Assembly: GCA_046758445.1 (NCBI GenBank)
Contig: JBHIAE010000021.1
Location: 1 to 53,305 of the forward strand
Length of the DNA: 53,305 nt
Reading direction: 5' to 3'
Origin: Candidatus Thorarchaeota archaeon
GTDB taxonomy: Archaea > Asgardarchaeota > Thorarchaeia > Thorarchaeales > Thorarchaeaceae
Under the pieces are notes generated by a model that was not told where the DNA came from, ran no database searches, and worked only from the letters and a program-made list of their open reading frames with translations. The number at the start of each line of letters is the position of its first letter. The stretch's first letter is position 1. Both the position numbers and the translations under genes were made by a program. This document shows positions 37,406 to 48,382 of this stretch, piece by piece.

Positions 37406-38161
37406 ATGACGACCGACATTCACACGCACCTGGGAGCAGACCGGAATACGCTGGACCAGGTCAATTCAGACAACGTATCAATCTATACGGAAACGTTGGT
37501 CAGTCGGATGGATGCTTTTGGAATCGAGAAGGCAGTGCTCACTCCAATCGAACCTTCAAACGGGAATGAAGTTTGCCTTGAGGCATGCGCCATATACCCA
37601 GATCGTATCTTCTCGGCCTGCACAATCATGCCTCGTCCGATTGACACGGCGCGAGAGAAACTGGCACATTATGTTGACAATGACTGTGTGGCCTTGGTCT
37701 TGGATGATCGCTTGTATCACACTGAGGACCCAGCCCCGCTAATCTTGATCAACGAAGCTGTGGACAGGAATCTTCCTGTCTACATCCATACTGATGTGAT
37801 GACAACAGACGTCCTGTCATTCATCGACAAGGCGTCAACAATGTTCCCGAGCGGCAAGTTCATCGTGATGCACATGGGAGGGATCTTCGGATTTCCTCAG
37901 CTCATCCCTCTAGTAAAACGCAAGAACATCTGGCTCGAGACCTCAGTGACTTTGGCCAGAATCGTAGAATCGCCGCTACGAGTGTATCTCGATGCGCTGG
38001 TGCAGGACATCGGCGTTCCGAAGTTGGTCTTTGGATCCGAGCATCATAGTGAATACTTGTATCTAATGGCAGCCATGAACGATATTGACCTCAACGTCGA
38101 AACCAGCCGGATCATTTCAAAGGAGAACCCGTGGCTACTGCTTGGGCTGAGCTTCTCATAG
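37406..38161 (+). CDS. amidohydrolase_2-family TIM-barrel protein
   Basis: DIHTH, PVYIHT, MHMGG, NIWLETS, KLVFGSE. Confidence 0.85.
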   Translation: MTTDIHTHLGADRNTLDQVNSDNVSIYTETLVSRMDAFGIEKAVLTPIEPSNGNEVCLEACAIYPDRIFSACTIMPRPIDTAREKLAHYVDNDCVALVLDDRLYHTEDPAPLILINEAVDRNLPVYIHTDVMTTDVLSFIDKASTMFPSGKFIVMHMGGIFGFPQLIPLVKRKNIWLETSVTLARIVESPLRVYLDALVQDIGVPKLVFGSEHHSEYLYLMAAMNDIDLNVETSRIISKENPWLLLGLSFS

Positions 38162-38189
38162 AGGACACTGGAATCTCAGTGCCCCTTCT

Positions 38190-38534
38190 TCATCTCAGTT
38201 TCGAAGTGAACATCTCTTGGTGTATCAGCTGCTCTAGTTCATCAATCCTGGGGAGACCTACAATTCTAGACTCTGAAACTACTATCGTAGGGACTGCAAG
38301 TATCTGGAGTCTCTCTGTCAAACGAGGTTTCTTTTCGACTGGTGTTTCAACAACTTCAATATGCGGCTGATAGAAATCAAGACGCCCAACTGCCTCTTCA
38401 ACAATTTGAAGAGCAATGTTGCAAAAGGCGCACTGCTTTGAAGTGAAGACGTTGATCTTGATTGAATCATGGTCACTACTTGAATCGATACCTGCCACGA
38501 CTGGTTTTTGATGATTGTATGAACTGCGCTGCAT
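38190..38534 (-). CDS. thioredoxin/glutaredoxin-like protein
   Basis: VFTSKQCAFC, cis-Pro AVPTIVV, IVGLP. Start uncertain. Confidence 0.8.
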   Translation of the reverse strand: MQRSSYNHQKPVVAGIDSSSDHDSIKINVFTSKQCAFCNIALQIVEEAVGRLDFYQPHIEVVETPVEKKPRLTERLQILAVPTIVVSESRIVGLPRIDELEQLIHQEMFTSKLR

Positions 38535-38556
38535 TAGCTCTACTCTCTCCGCTTCT

Positions 38557-38799
38557 CTATTCTGCAAAGGCTGGCGGCTTCAGTCTCACGTGATCTTCGA
38601 CCCTGTCAACCGCCCGAAGTGGTACAGCCTCCCACGTCAAAGGACGATGGTCAGTTGCTCCCCTCTCTATTACGACTAGAGGACCGTTATCCTTGTCATA
38701 CCATACTTGTTTGATTCGACCTAGGGGAAACCCTCTAAAATCACGAACCAGTTTTCCCTTGAGCAGCCATTTGAAATCGTTGCCTTCCATTGTCCTCAT
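38557..38799 (-). CDS. stand-alone PRC-barrel protein
   Basis: LKGKLVRDFRGFPLGRIKQVWYD...VPLRAVDRVEDHVRL fits the PRC-barrel consensus. Confidence 0.8.
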   Translation of the reverse strand: MRTMEGNDFKWLLKGKLVRDFRGFPLGRIKQVWYDKDNGPLVVIERGATDHRPLTWEAVPLRAVDRVEDHVRLKPPAFAE

Positions 38800-38919
38800 C
38801 CCATTGTCTAGGCCAACTCATTCAAGAGCGTGTGTACAACGCACGTATTGTACGGTCAATACGCAACCGTGAATCTCAATCTTAATAGCAAACTAGCCCA
38901 CAGTGTGCATTGAGAGCAG

Positions 38920-40593
38920 ATGACTGACTTTGCCGAGTTGGCGCGGACCTTGGATGATATATCCCGAGTCAGTGGAAGGAATGCAAAGATAGACCTAGTG
39001 GCATCCTTCCTGAAGCAAGTGGAACCTGAAGATCTCAAGGCCGCGACAAGATTCCTCGGAGGCGCAGTGTTTTCAGAAAAAGACCCGAAAGTCCTGAATG
39101 TATCATGGGGGGGAGTGAAGCAATCTCTGAAGCAGGTTGTAGACTTCGATGATGCGGAGTTCAGTCGGCTCTATGAAGGTGATACAGGAGAAGCAGTTGC
39201 GGCTCTTCTCGAAACTGAAGGGCTCGTCCGTCAGGCGGGATTGTTCTCATCTTCTTTGACGGTGTCTTCGGTAGAGAAGTGCTTCAATGACATAGCTGAC
39301 GCTGAGGGCAGCGGCTCAAGGAAACAGAAGGAGTCCCTACTTTCACAGATGCTTCGAGAGGCTTCAACAAGAGAAGCAAGATACATCGTAGCTTTGGTAC
39401 TCAATGATATGAGAATAGGGCTCTCAAAGGGATTGCTAGCTGAAGGAGTCGCAAAGGCGTTTGGAGTGAATCCGGATTTGGTTCGTAGAGCCTGGAGTCT
39501 TTCAGGCGACTTAGGACAGGTTGCACATCTTGCGGCAACAAAAGGCCGGATGGCATTGGAAACGCTTAGACCCACTGTGTTCAACCCTGTCAAGCCTATG
39601 CTTGCAACACCGGCTGATAGCATTGCGGAGCTATTACGGGACTCCGAGTATGAGTACTCCTTTGAATTGAAGTTTGATGGTGCTCGAGCGCAGATCCACA
39701 AGGAAGGGAAACACGTCAGGATCTACTCCAGAAGAATGCAGGACGTTACTGAAGGTCTTCCTGATATTGTTGTTATAGCAGAGAGAAAGGTCAGAGCAAA
39801 GGAAGCCATTCTTGATTGTGAAGTCGTGGCAGTGGACGGTGAAGGTCGTCCTTTCCCGTTTCAGACAGTTATGAGAAGGTTCGGTAGAAGACGGGATGTC
39901 GAAACCGCCAAGAAAGAGGTGACACTCAAGCTCTACATATTTGATGTCCTGCTTGCGGACGGTGAGTCACTTATTGATTCGCCATATGCTGAGAGAAGAA
40001 AAAGACTTTACAACGTCGCTGATTCTGACCTCATCGCAGAAAACTTGGTGACGTCAGACCTTACCACCGCAAGTGAATTGTTTGACAGCAGCAGAGAACT
40101 TGGACATGAGGGATTGATGGCCAAGAGGGTTGATTCACCCTATGTTCCGGGGGTCCGAGGCAAGAATTGGTTCAAGATCAAGCATACCCTAGATACCATG
40201 GATCTAGTAATTGTGGCGGCAGAATGGGGCCATGGACGGAGAAGCGGAGTTCTCTCCAATGTCCATCTAGCAGTTCGAAACGAAGATACCGGCAGTCTTG
40301 CTATGATTGGAAAGACGTTCAAAGGTTTGACTGACTCTGAGCTAGAAGAGATGACGTCAAGGCTTCAAGCAATTAAGACTGGTGAGAAAGGCCGTGTCGT
40401 GACGGTGAAGCCAGAGATTGTCGTTGAAGTGTTAGCTTCGGAAATTCAAAAGAGCCCGACCTACGAATCAGGGATGGCATTGAGGTTTGCAAGGATAGTG
40501 AACACTCGCTATGACAAAGGACCAGAAGACGCAACGACTCTTGGAGAGCTTAAGTGCATCTACGACAAACAGTTCAAGTTCAAGGCACGATAG
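38920..40593 (+). CDS. lig: ATP-dependent DNA ligase
   Basis: KPMLA, ELKFDGARAQIH, ILDCE, FDVL, EGLMAK, WFKIK, DLVIVAAEWGHGRR, ALRFAR..RYDK. Confidence 0.97.
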   Translation: MTDFAELARTLDDISRVSGRNAKIDLVASFLKQVEPEDLKAATRFLGGAVFSEKDPKVLNVSWGGVKQSLKQVVDFDDAEFSRLYEGDTGEAVAALLETEGLVRQAGLFSSSLTVSSVEKCFNDIADAEGSGSRKQKESLLSQMLREASTREARYIVALVLNDMRIGLSKGLLAEGVAKAFGVNPDLVRRAWSLSGDLGQVAHLAATKGRMALETLRPTVFNPVKPMLATPADSIAELLRDSEYEYSFELKFDGARAQIHKEGKHVRIYSRRMQDVTEGLPDIVVIAERKVRAKEAILDCEVVAVDGEGRPFPFQTVMRRFGRRRDVETAKKEVTLKLYIFDVLLADGESLIDSPYAERRKRLYNVADSDLIAENLVTSDLTTASELFDSSRELGHEGLMAKRVDSPYVPGVRGKNWFKIKHTLDTMDLVIVAAEWGHGRRSGVLSNVHLAVRNEDTGSLAMIGKTFKGLTDSELEEMTSRLQAIKTGEKGRVVTVKPEIVVEVLASEIQKSPTYESGMALRFARIVNTRYDKGPEDATTLGELKCIYDKQFKFKAR

Positions 40594-40706
40594 AAGCACA
40601 TCTCTGATAGACAGACTTAAGACGGCTGGTCCGTCTGCCTCTGCTCCAGCGCCCTCGACCGGAATAATCGCGACTGTCAATTCCCGGAAGTTTGAGGAAT
40701 GCCTAG

Positions 40707-41618
40707 ATGTCTTGCGTCAAACTGAGTTCAGGGATTTACGTTGTCACGGGAGGGACTTTTCCTCTATGTAACACACTCGTTCTGATTTCAGACGAGGTCG
40801 TAGTGGTTGATCCCGGCTGCTCAACTGAGGCCCTTCGAAGACTTCTCCATCACCGAGACCTCGAGCTTAGAAACGTTGACACTGTCATTCTCAGCCACAT
40901 ACACCCGGATCATATCACACATGCTGTCAGATTAAACAGGCTGTCCAACTGCAGAATTGCGGCCAATGAGATTACCGCCCCTCTCTTCAATGAGAAGGAG
41001 AAGATGAAGCGGTTTCTAGGCTTTCATCCTGGACAATCTGTCAGGAAGCTTTGGGAGGAACTGGTGAATGAGAGAATGTACGGCGCCCTGGACGCAGGAC
41101 GTGTCGATGAAGTCTTGGCAGACGGCGACAAGTTCGCATTCGGGGACCTGACGCTACAAGTTGTGTATACTCCCGGCCATTTGCCTGACCATATGTGTTT
41201 AGAAATCCTTGAGCATCGATTTCTTTTCGGTGCCGACATTGACTGTACGGAGTTTGGCCCCTTCTATGGCCATCCGAACTCTTCGATTGACGAGTTCAAG
41301 GAGTCTATCAACCAAATCCAGAATGGGAACTACAATGCGCTCATTAGTGGACATCTGGAAGACCCCGTAATACAGGAGTACAAGACGGCCCTTGCGGCCT
41401 ATTCTCGGCAATTTGATCTACGTGAAGACCTAGTGTTGTCAGCGATTGTGGAAGGTGGAGAGTCGTTAGAGGAGATAACTATCAATCCAATCATCTACCC
41501 ATCAATCGCAAGCCCAGTGTTTCTTTTCTTCGAACGATGGATGGTCGAGCACCACATATCTAGCCTAAAGCAGCGCGGACTTGTGAAGGAAGATAGAGGT
41601 CGACTCAAGCCATCATAG
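40707..41618 (+). CDS. MBL-fold metallo-hydrolase with C-terminal winged-helix-like domain
   Basis: SHIHPDH, TPGH, GADID..FGPFYG, SGH; C-terminal HHISSLKQRGLV. Confidence 0.88.
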   Translation: MSCVKLSSGIYVVTGGTFPLCNTLVLISDEVVVVDPGCSTEALRRLLHHRDLELRNVDTVILSHIHPDHITHAVRLNRLSNCRIAANEITAPLFNEKEKMKRFLGFHPGQSVRKLWEELVNERMYGALDAGRVDEVLADGDKFAFGDLTLQVVYTPGHLPDHMCLEILEHRFLFGADIDCTEFGPFYGHPNSSIDEFKESINQIQNGNYNALISGHLEDPVIQEYKTALAAYSRQFDLREDLVLSAIVEGGESLEEITINPIIYPSIASPVFLFFERWMVEHHISSLKQRGLVKEDRGRLKPS

Positions 41619-41677
41619 CAGATACTTAAATCGAGACTTGATTCGCTTATTGATAACGTCAGAAGGATTGAGAAGAA

Positions 41678-42370
41678 ATGACTCAACCTGAGAACAGGGA
41701 TGATGAACCAAGCCCTTCCGAAGGCTCTTTGCATGAGGCAAAGCGGCTGCTTGCCTTGACAGATATTGTTGATAGATATCCTCAAGTGATGGCAAGAAGG
41801 GTAGCTGGAATCACATACATTCTCATTAGCGGAGGCATCTCTCTTGGGATGGTGGTGCTTCTAGGATTCACTAGCGTCTTTGCCAGTGGCCCATGGAACC
41901 CTCTCTATGGGTTGGTATTCGTTGGCGCGAGTCTTGGCATCACGTGGCTGATAGCCTTCCGCCTCATTGGACCTCTGACAAGATCCTACCGGCAACCAGA
42001 ATCTGAAATGGAAGGTTGGTTTGTGGCGATGTGGGTTGTCATTGCTATAGCAATCATAGCTTCTTCGTTGGTCACGTTCACTCAGGACTGGATATTGGTT
42101 TTCCCGGTCACGATTCAGGCGTCGGTAACTGTGGGAAGTCTAGGGAACTACAGAGCCGCAAGAGGCGATGCTGACGTTTCTGGGACATTTGCGAGAGAGC
42201 ATCTCTCTTGGGCGGCAGCGACCCTGTTATCCATTCTCCCTATTGTTGCTTTTCCAGAGCTTGCGTACACAATTGTTGCTGTGGTGGACCTCGGAGGAGT
42301 CTACTTGCTTGGCATCTATGCCCTGATAACCGCGGAAAGACTTCTCCTCGAGAGTGCTGGACGTGTATAG
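41678..42370 (+). CDS. hypothetical membrane protein (about 6 TM)
   Basis: Multiple hydrophobic helices; coupled to the downstream wHTH gene. Confidence 0.75.
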   Translation: MTQPENRDDEPSPSEGSLHEAKRLLALTDIVDRYPQVMARRVAGITYILISGGISLGMVVLLGFTSVFASGPWNPLYGLVFVGASLGITWLIAFRLIGPLTRSYRQPESEMEGWFVAMWVVIAIAIIASSLVTFTQDWILVFPVTIQASVTVGSLGNYRAARGDADVSGTFAREHLSWAAATLLSILPIVAFPELAYTIVAVVDLGGVYLLGIYALITAERLLLESAGRV

Positions 42371-42372
42371 GC

Positions 42373-42723
42373 TTGGCTGTGGAGAGGGACCTCCTTGAGG
42401 TTCTCACGGGCTTCGTGAATGAAGATCGCGAGACGCTTGTCCCTGCAAGGCTCTCTATCCTAGTCTACTTGTACTTCGCAACCCGTGCCCAGTTTTCACA
42501 ACTAAGGGACAAGCTGAATTTGACCTCAGGAAACCTGGCGAGTCATCTGAAGAAACTTGAGAACATGGGACTCATCAATACAACCAGGCACTTCATCGAA
42601 CTGAAACCTGCAAGGATTGTGGAGATCACTCCCGAGGGCGTACAGAAGGTGCGTCAACAGATTACTAGAATGAGAAACCTCGTTACCACGTTAATAGACC
42701 ATAACCCCTCTACCGATACTTGA
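42373..42723 (+). CDS. winged-helix transcriptional regulator (ArsR/MarR-like)
   Basis: PARLSIL...FSQLRDKLNLTSGNLASHLKKLENMGLI...ITPEG. Start taken as TTG 42373. Confidence 0.85.
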   Translation: MAVERDLLEVLTGFVNEDRETLVPARLSILVYLYFATRAQFSQLRDKLNLTSGNLASHLKKLENMGLINTTRHFIELKPARIVEITPEGVQKVRQQITRMRNLVTTLIDHNPSTDT

Positions 42724-42848
42724 TTCGTCAACCCATAGAGAGTATGATGTCATGCTGCGGCATGTCTGCCCCATTTGTCATCAACCCATTAGTTAATTAA
42801 CCATTGTTAACCAGTAGTAAGTATGTGTCTTCTTTAGGAGTCTGGAGT

Positions 42849-44969
42849 ATGGATCTTGAAGCCGAGAATAAGACTGCCAATCAACTTGTTCACGAGAAGA
42901 GCCCTTATCTCTTGCAGCACGCGTATAATCCAGTGGACTGGTATGCGTGGGGTGAGGAAGCGTTCGAGAAGGCAAGAGCCGAGGACAAACCAATCTTCCT
43001 TTCCATAGGTTACAGCACTTGCCACTGGTGCCACGTCATGGAACGAGAATCATTCGAGGACCATGAAGTTGCCGAGCTCATGAATGTAACATTTGTCAAC
43101 ATCAAGGTCGACAGAGAAGAGCGACCGGACATCGATAAAGTGTACATGCAAGTGGGACAGATGATGACCGGGCGAGGAGGATGGCCGCTTACAATTGTTA
43201 TGACTCCAGACAAAGAGCCGTTCTTCGCCGCAACCTACATTTCAAAGGACAGCATATACGGGCAGCTTGGAATGCTAGAACTGATACCAAGACTAAGGGA
43301 AATCTGGGAGACCGATCGGGAGAACATCACCGAGATAACCGGCAGAATCCAAGAATCACTCTCAAGAAACCAAACGGCGAGCAGGCAGGAGGAGCTCGGT
43401 CAAGACACAATAGATATGGCGTTCAGCCTGTTCTCACGGAGATTTGACGACAAGAGAGGAGGCTTTGGGACTGCTCCCAAATTCCCGAGCCCCCACAATC
43501 TGATGCTATTGCTCAGGTACTGGAAGAAGACCGGAGACGATTGGGCTCTCCACATGGTGGAACGGACACTTCAGGAGATGAGAAGGGGTGGGATATTCGA
43601 CCAAGTCGGATTCGGATTCCACAGGTACTCCACGGATGCAAACTGGCTCCTACCTCATTTTGAGAAGATGCTCTATGACCAGGCAATGCTGATCATGGCA
43701 TATATCGAGGCGTTTGAAGTCACTGGGAAGAGTGAGTATGCCGAAGTGGTACACGAAGTCGTTGAGTATGTGCTTCGAGACATGACAAGTCCAGAAGGGG
43801 CGTTCTATTCAGCCGAGGATGCTGACAGTGAAGGGGTTGAAGGGAAGTTCTATGTGTGGTCGAAGAAGGAGATCGATTCACTTCTGACCAAGGAGGAGGC
43901 TGAAGGATTCACGACCCTTTACAACGTCCGTAAGGAAGGCAACTTTCGCGATGAGGCCTCCGGTGAGGAGACTGGGCTCAACATACCCCACATGACACTT
44001 ACCACTGAATCAGTCGCCAAAGACCTCAAGTTGACTCCAGACGCTCTTCAGTCGTTGGTAATGAGTGCGAGGAAGAAGCTCGCTGCTGCGAGAGAAAAGA
44101 GAGTGAAACCTCACAGGGATGACAAGGTATTGGTTGACTGGAACGGCCTGTTCATAGCTGCGCTTGCAAAGGCGGCCCGGTCACTTCACAGGTCCTCCTA
44201 TGCTGAAACCGCAGAGCGTGCTGTTGAATTCATCCTCACCAAGATGAGAAGCAATACAGGCCGTCTGTTTCACCGATTCAGAGAAGGAGAGGTTGCCGTT
44301 GATGCTTTCCTGGATGACTACGCCTTCCTCATCTGGGGGTTGATTGAGCTATACGAGACTACCTTCGACCCAAAGTATCTCGAGCTCGCACTAGATCTCA
44401 ACGAAACTCAGTTGAAGCACTTCTGGGACGACGAAGGCGGGGCATTCTTCTTCACAGCTGATGATTCTGAAGAGCTCTTGGTCAGACAGAAAGAGGCCTA
44501 TGATGGTGCAATTCCATCAGGCAATTCTGTTTCCATGCTGAATCTAATCCGGTTGGCGAGGCTTTTGGGTGAAGCGGAGCTTGAGAACAGGGCAGCCGCA
44601 ATCGGGAAGGCTTTCTCCAGCGAAGTTTCAAGAACACATTCTGGGTTCTCCTTCATGCTAGCTGCGCTCGACTTTGCTCTAGGACCATCTCACGAGATTG
44701 TCATAGCTGGACAAGCTGACAGCAAGGATACAGAAGCAATGCTCAATGCGTTGAGAGAGAGGTACTTGCCTTCAACAGTCGTTCTTCTGAGGACAGAAGG
44801 AGAGGTTTCGAAACAGATTGATAAGCTCGCACCATTCTCCAAGTTCTTTGACATTGTGAATGGCGCTGCCACGGCTCATGTCTGTATCAATCACAACTGC
44901 AAGCTACCGACAAATGATGTCAATCAGATGTTGAAACTCCTAGACGAAACCCCGTCGGTTTCTCAATGA
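42849..44969 (+). CDS. thioredoxin-domain protein YyaL/SSP411 (DUF255)
   Basis: [62 protein letters not shown]. Confidence 0.95.
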   Translation: MDLEAENKTANQLVHEKSPYLLQHAYNPVDWYAWGEEAFEKARAEDKPIFLSIGYSTCHWCHVMERESFEDHEVAELMNVTFVNIKVDREERPDIDKVYMQVGQMMTGRGGWPLTIVMTPDKEPFFAATYISKDSIYGQLGMLELIPRLREIWETDRENITEITGRIQESLSRNQTASRQEELGQDTIDMAFSLFSRRFDDKRGGFGTAPKFPSPHNLMLLLRYWKKTGDDWALHMVERTLQEMRRGGIFDQVGFGFHRYSTDANWLLPHFEKMLYDQAMLIMAYIEAFEVTGKSEYAEVVHEVVEYVLRDMTSPEGAFYSAEDADSEGVEGKFYVWSKKEIDSLLTKEEAEGFTTLYNVRKEGNFRDEASGEETGLNIPHMTLTTESVAKDLKLTPDALQSLVMSARKKLAAAREKRVKPHRDDKVLVDWNGLFIAALAKAARSLHRSSYAETAERAVEFILTKMRSNTGRLFHRFREGEVAVDAFLDDYAFLIWGLIELYETTFDPKYLELALDLNETQLKHFWDDEGGAFFFTADDSEELLVRQKEAYDGAIPSGNSVSMLNLIRLARLLGEAELENRAAAIGKAFSSEVSRTHSGFSFMLAALDFALGPSHEIVIAGQADSKDTEAMLNALRERYLPSTVVLLRTEGEVSKQIDKLAPFSKFFDIVNGAATAHVCINHNCKLPTNDVNQMLKLLDETPSVSQ

Positions 44970-44982
44970 GATCTTGGTCGTC

Positions 44983-46485
44983 TTACTGAGACGGAGTCCT
45001 TCGTATCCAGATGACAACCGCCACCACCAGAGCGCCGACTCCGAACGCTGCCATCGCGATGAAGTGGCCATAGACTATCAATGGATCGTTGGGCCAGATC
45101 TCCGCCAGGGCATTTCCAGCGGCCAACCACGAGTCTGCAATGCCGAGAAGATGACCAGAGATTGTGGCTAGTTCGTCCTCATACTCAGTTATGACTGATG
45201 CCATATCGCCTGTCGAGTTGTAAGAGTCCGCCATTGCTCGAAATGTTCCAGCCACAAAACCGGTAGCGGCTGTTAGGTTCCCAAGATGAATCAGAGTCGC
45301 GTTGTCAGCCAAGGCCTCAAAATGAGGAAGAGCCGTTTCGCCAGCTGACATAAAACGAGTCAGATCAATGTCAGGCATCAGATCTGGAAGTCTTTGTAGT
45401 GCCGCTCTAAATGAAATGAACTGGAGAGACACCTGTGACTCAAGGCCGAGTCCGAGGAAGAGGAGCAAAGAGGCCTGGAAGTTGCGTTCATCCTCAACGC
45501 CCGTGAAGATGTCCAGAAACTCTGTTAGTCCCTCCCGAGTGTAGTCAACACCAAGAGCTCTGAAGGCTGACTCTCCGAATCTCCATATTATGGTCGTTTC
45601 GGGGTCTGCCCAATATGCCGAGTTTGCTCCAAGCAAACGGTCTCTGATGTACGGTCCGAGTTGCCCGCTCAAGTCCTCTGCGGGAGGACCTCCTGGTTTG
45701 ATCAGTATGCTGATGTAGTATCGGTCAGACCATGCGCTATTGAGGGCCGTGTAGGATATGGGAGTGTAGTTACCCCGTCCGTCGGCCGGGTATCCGAAGT
45801 TATCACCAAAGGAACCAACTCCAGGGTCAATGATTGTTGCATTTCCAGAGTTGTCATCATACCCCACGACGAGTATTGCGTGACCACCTCCGGACAGACC
45901 TGCGGCTCTCAGAAAATCATAATCCTCCGCGGGAAGCCAGGCCGGGTTCACACTAAGAAGAAGTGGATAGCCCTCATCGATGGAGCTACGCATCAGGTCA
46001 AAGGCCTCGTTTTGACCGTCTAAGGTGTGAACATCAATGCCTCGCCCCTGCCAAATGTCTACCAACTGGTCTGCGCCGGGAGTGTCCTTGTCGAAGTACA
46101 CTGTCATATTCAAACCGTAGAGATCCACCGCAAACTGGGTAGGCTCTACCTGCATGTAGACCGGCCCAGGATACATCAACATCGTGTCATTGTGGTTCAC
46201 GTACGCAAAGGAGAATCCAACACTTGATGCAGCTAATACCTCATGAAGGTCCAGATTCACTCCCGCGGATTGAAACGAGGCCGAAGTAGCGGCCCAAGCA
46301 CACAACCCATTGATCTCTTGCCAGACGTACGGTACTCCAGTGAGGATGTTCTCAGTATCCGAAGGCACGAAGGCATCGGATGAGTCTTCCATGGCAACTG
46401 TCATACCAGGGCTGACAAAAGCGGCGAGTAATAGGATCATTCCAATCAAGATACTGAGCCGTTTCATGGATGGGTCAAATCTCAC
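44983..46485 (-). CDS. secreted, C-terminally anchored papain-fold (C39-like) cysteine peptidase
   Basis: Signal peptide, VPYVWQEINGLC (Q, C), GHAILVVGYD (H), IIDPG (D), C-terminal TM followed by RR. Confidence 0.8.
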   Translation of the reverse strand: MRFDPSMKRLSILIGMILLLAAFVSPGMTVAMEDSSDAFVPSDTENILTGVPYVWQEINGLCAWAATSASFQSAGVNLDLHEVLAASSVGFSFAYVNHNDTMLMYPGPVYMQVEPTQFAVDLYGLNMTVYFDKDTPGADQLVDIWQGRGIDVHTLDGQNEAFDLMRSSIDEGYPLLLSVNPAWLPAEDYDFLRAAGLSGGGHAILVVGYDDNSGNATIIDPGVGSFGDNFGYPADGRGNYTPISYTALNSAWSDRYYISILIKPGGPPAEDLSGQLGPYIRDRLLGANSAYWADPETTIIWRFGESAFRALGVDYTREGLTEFLDIFTGVEDERNFQASLLLFLGLGLESQVSLQFISFRAALQRLPDLMPDIDLTRFMSAGETALPHFEALADNATLIHLGNLTAATGFVAGTFRAMADSYNSTGDMASVITEYEDELATISGHLLGIADSWLAAGNALAEIWPNDPLIVYGHFIAMAAFGVGALVVAVVIWIRRTPSQ

Positions 46486-46620
46486 TCAGAAATGACTGTC
46501 ATAAGGGTGTCGCTATGACGGACCACAGTTGCTGATTCGTTAAGGTAGAAGCCAGTCAGACAGAGAGTAATCTTTATGCCCAGCACCGAATGCTTCAGGT
46601 ACAATCCGGAGAGTCACAGA

Positions 46621-47700
46621 GTGAACTACCACCTCGTTCTCACTAGAGAGTGCAATCTCAATTGCGTGTATTGCCATGGCGGTGAAGAAACAGGAAGCGA
46701 AGCTGAGGTACAATACTCTCTGGATGAGCTTGACACATTTCTGAGGAAAGACAAAGAAGCTCAGCTCATGTTCTACGGTGGCGAGCCAACACTACGAATT
46801 CCTCTAATGGCTCGAATTATGGATCGCTTTCCACATTCCAGATTCATGCTTCAAACCAATGGTCTACGTCTGAGGAACATTGCGCAGGAGCACGTCAAGA
46901 GGTTCCACTCAATCCTTGTTTCGATTGATGGTCGCCTTCAGGTAACAGACTTCTATAGGTCGGAGGGCGTATACAATAGGGTTCTTCAGAATGTCCAATG
47001 GCTGGAGCAAATTGGGTACCAAGGAGACATTGTAGCGAGAATGGCTGTTTCAGAACAGAGTGATATCTATGCTGATGTGCGGCACCTCCTCGATATCGAG
47101 AAACCTAGATTCAAACATGTCCATTGGCAATTGAACGTTATTTGGGATGCAGCAGAGAACTGGCATGACTTCGACGCATGGATAAGAACCTCATACAACC
47201 CAGGGATAACAAGGCTTGCAAAAGACTGGGTGTCCTCGTTGCGAGAAGGGCGTGTTGAGGGGATTGTTCCTTTTTCCCCAGTGATGCACACACTTCTCAC
47301 AAAAGAGCCTTCACCTCTCCGGTGCGGCTCGGGCCTGGATACCTTCGTAATCCATGTTGACGGTTCAATTGGAGTCTGCCCGATATCTCCCGACTGGGAG
47401 TTCTCAATTGTAGGTGATATTCGAACGACAGACCCACTGAGTCTTCGTGACATAATGACTGTAGAAGATCCGTGTCCATCGTGTGATATCGAATGGGTCT
47501 GTGGAGGACGATGCCTATTCGCCAATAGACAGCGTCTATGGGGTGACGAGGGCTTCCGGAAGGTATGCGACACAGTAAGACACTTGGTTTCAACACTGGA
47601 AAAACATGTACCAGAAATCCAAGAACTTGTCGACGATGGCATCATATCTCTAGAGCAACTGTCATACCCGGTCAACAACGGATGCGAGATCATACCATAA
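46621..47700 (+). CDS. radical SAM/SPASM protein (AF0577/TIGR04084-like)
   Basis: CNLNCVYC, FYGGEP, QTNG, SIDG, SPASM cysteines (CGSG, CP, CPSC, CGGRC) and terminal GCEIIP. Start taken as GTG 46621. Confidence 0.88.
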   Translation: MNYHLVLTRECNLNCVYCHGGEETGSEAEVQYSLDELDTFLRKDKEAQLMFYGGEPTLRIPLMARIMDRFPHSRFMLQTNGLRLRNIAQEHVKRFHSILVSIDGRLQVTDFYRSEGVYNRVLQNVQWLEQIGYQGDIVARMAVSEQSDIYADVRHLLDIEKPRFKHVHWQLNVIWDAAENWHDFDAWIRTSYNPGITRLAKDWVSSLREGRVEGIVPFSPVMHTLLTKEPSPLRCGSGLDTFVIHVDGSIGVCPISPDWEFSIVGDIRTTDPLSLRDIMTVEDPCPSCDIEWVCGGRCLFANRQRLWGDEGFRKVCDTVRHLVSTLEKHVPEIQELVDDGIISLEQLSYPVNNGCEIIP

Positions 47701-47707
47701 GAGAAGG

Positions 47708-48244
47708 CTAGTAGCCCTCCTCTTCCTCCACCTCTTCCTCGACAAGGCTCTTCTCCATGGAAACTATCTCTTCCTTCAGGCGTACAGTACGGCCGGTTTC
47801 CTTGTAGCCAAGCCTTTCGTAGAACGAAAGCTGCTCGTCGATTGCGCCGTAGACTTCCACGTCGACGGAGGTTGCTCCCCTCGATGAGAGCAGGTTCTCT
47901 GCGTATTGCATCAGAACAGTGCCGATCTTTCTACCACGATACTTCTGCAACACAGCCAATCGGCTGATTACTCCCTTCTGCCCATGCATTCTGACCCGCA
48001 TCGTTCCCACAATGCTTTCACCGACAAGAGCCACGTACTGGTCACCCATCTGAATGTGGCGGGCAATCTTTGAGAGACCCTCGTTCAGGGCCGCCGGAGT
48101 CCTCGACAGCTGCTTCTTGACTGGGGCATAGGCTTCCTTGATGATCGCCTTTAGCACGTCCACTTCAGCAAGTTCAGCTCGTCGAATCATGACTTCGGCA
48201 TAGTCGTAGATTCTCGATTCCTCCTTGGGAACGCTTCTTCCCAT
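47708..48244 (-). CDS. GNAT N-acetyltransferase
   Basis: RLAVLQKYRGRKIG (motif A), FYERLGY; acidic tail. Confidence 0.9.
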   Translation of the reverse strand: MGRSVPKEESRIYDYAEVMIRRAELAEVDVLKAIIKEAYAPVKKQLSRTPAALNEGLSKIARHIQMGDQYVALVGESIVGTMRVRMHGQKGVISRLAVLQKYRGRKIGTVLMQYAENLLSSRGATSVDVEVYGAIDEQLSFYERLGYKETGRTVRLKEEIVSMEKSLVEEEVEEEEGY

Positions 48245-48382
48245 GTTAATGAGCAAGTCGACATAAATGATTCGAACTTTGCGCAAATTGGCCTCGTATC
48301 TCTGAGACCGCTAGAGAGCCAGCACTTTGTTGCTGCTAGCGACAGAATGTTTCATTAGATTCGGCCGCTTTCACTACGCAGA

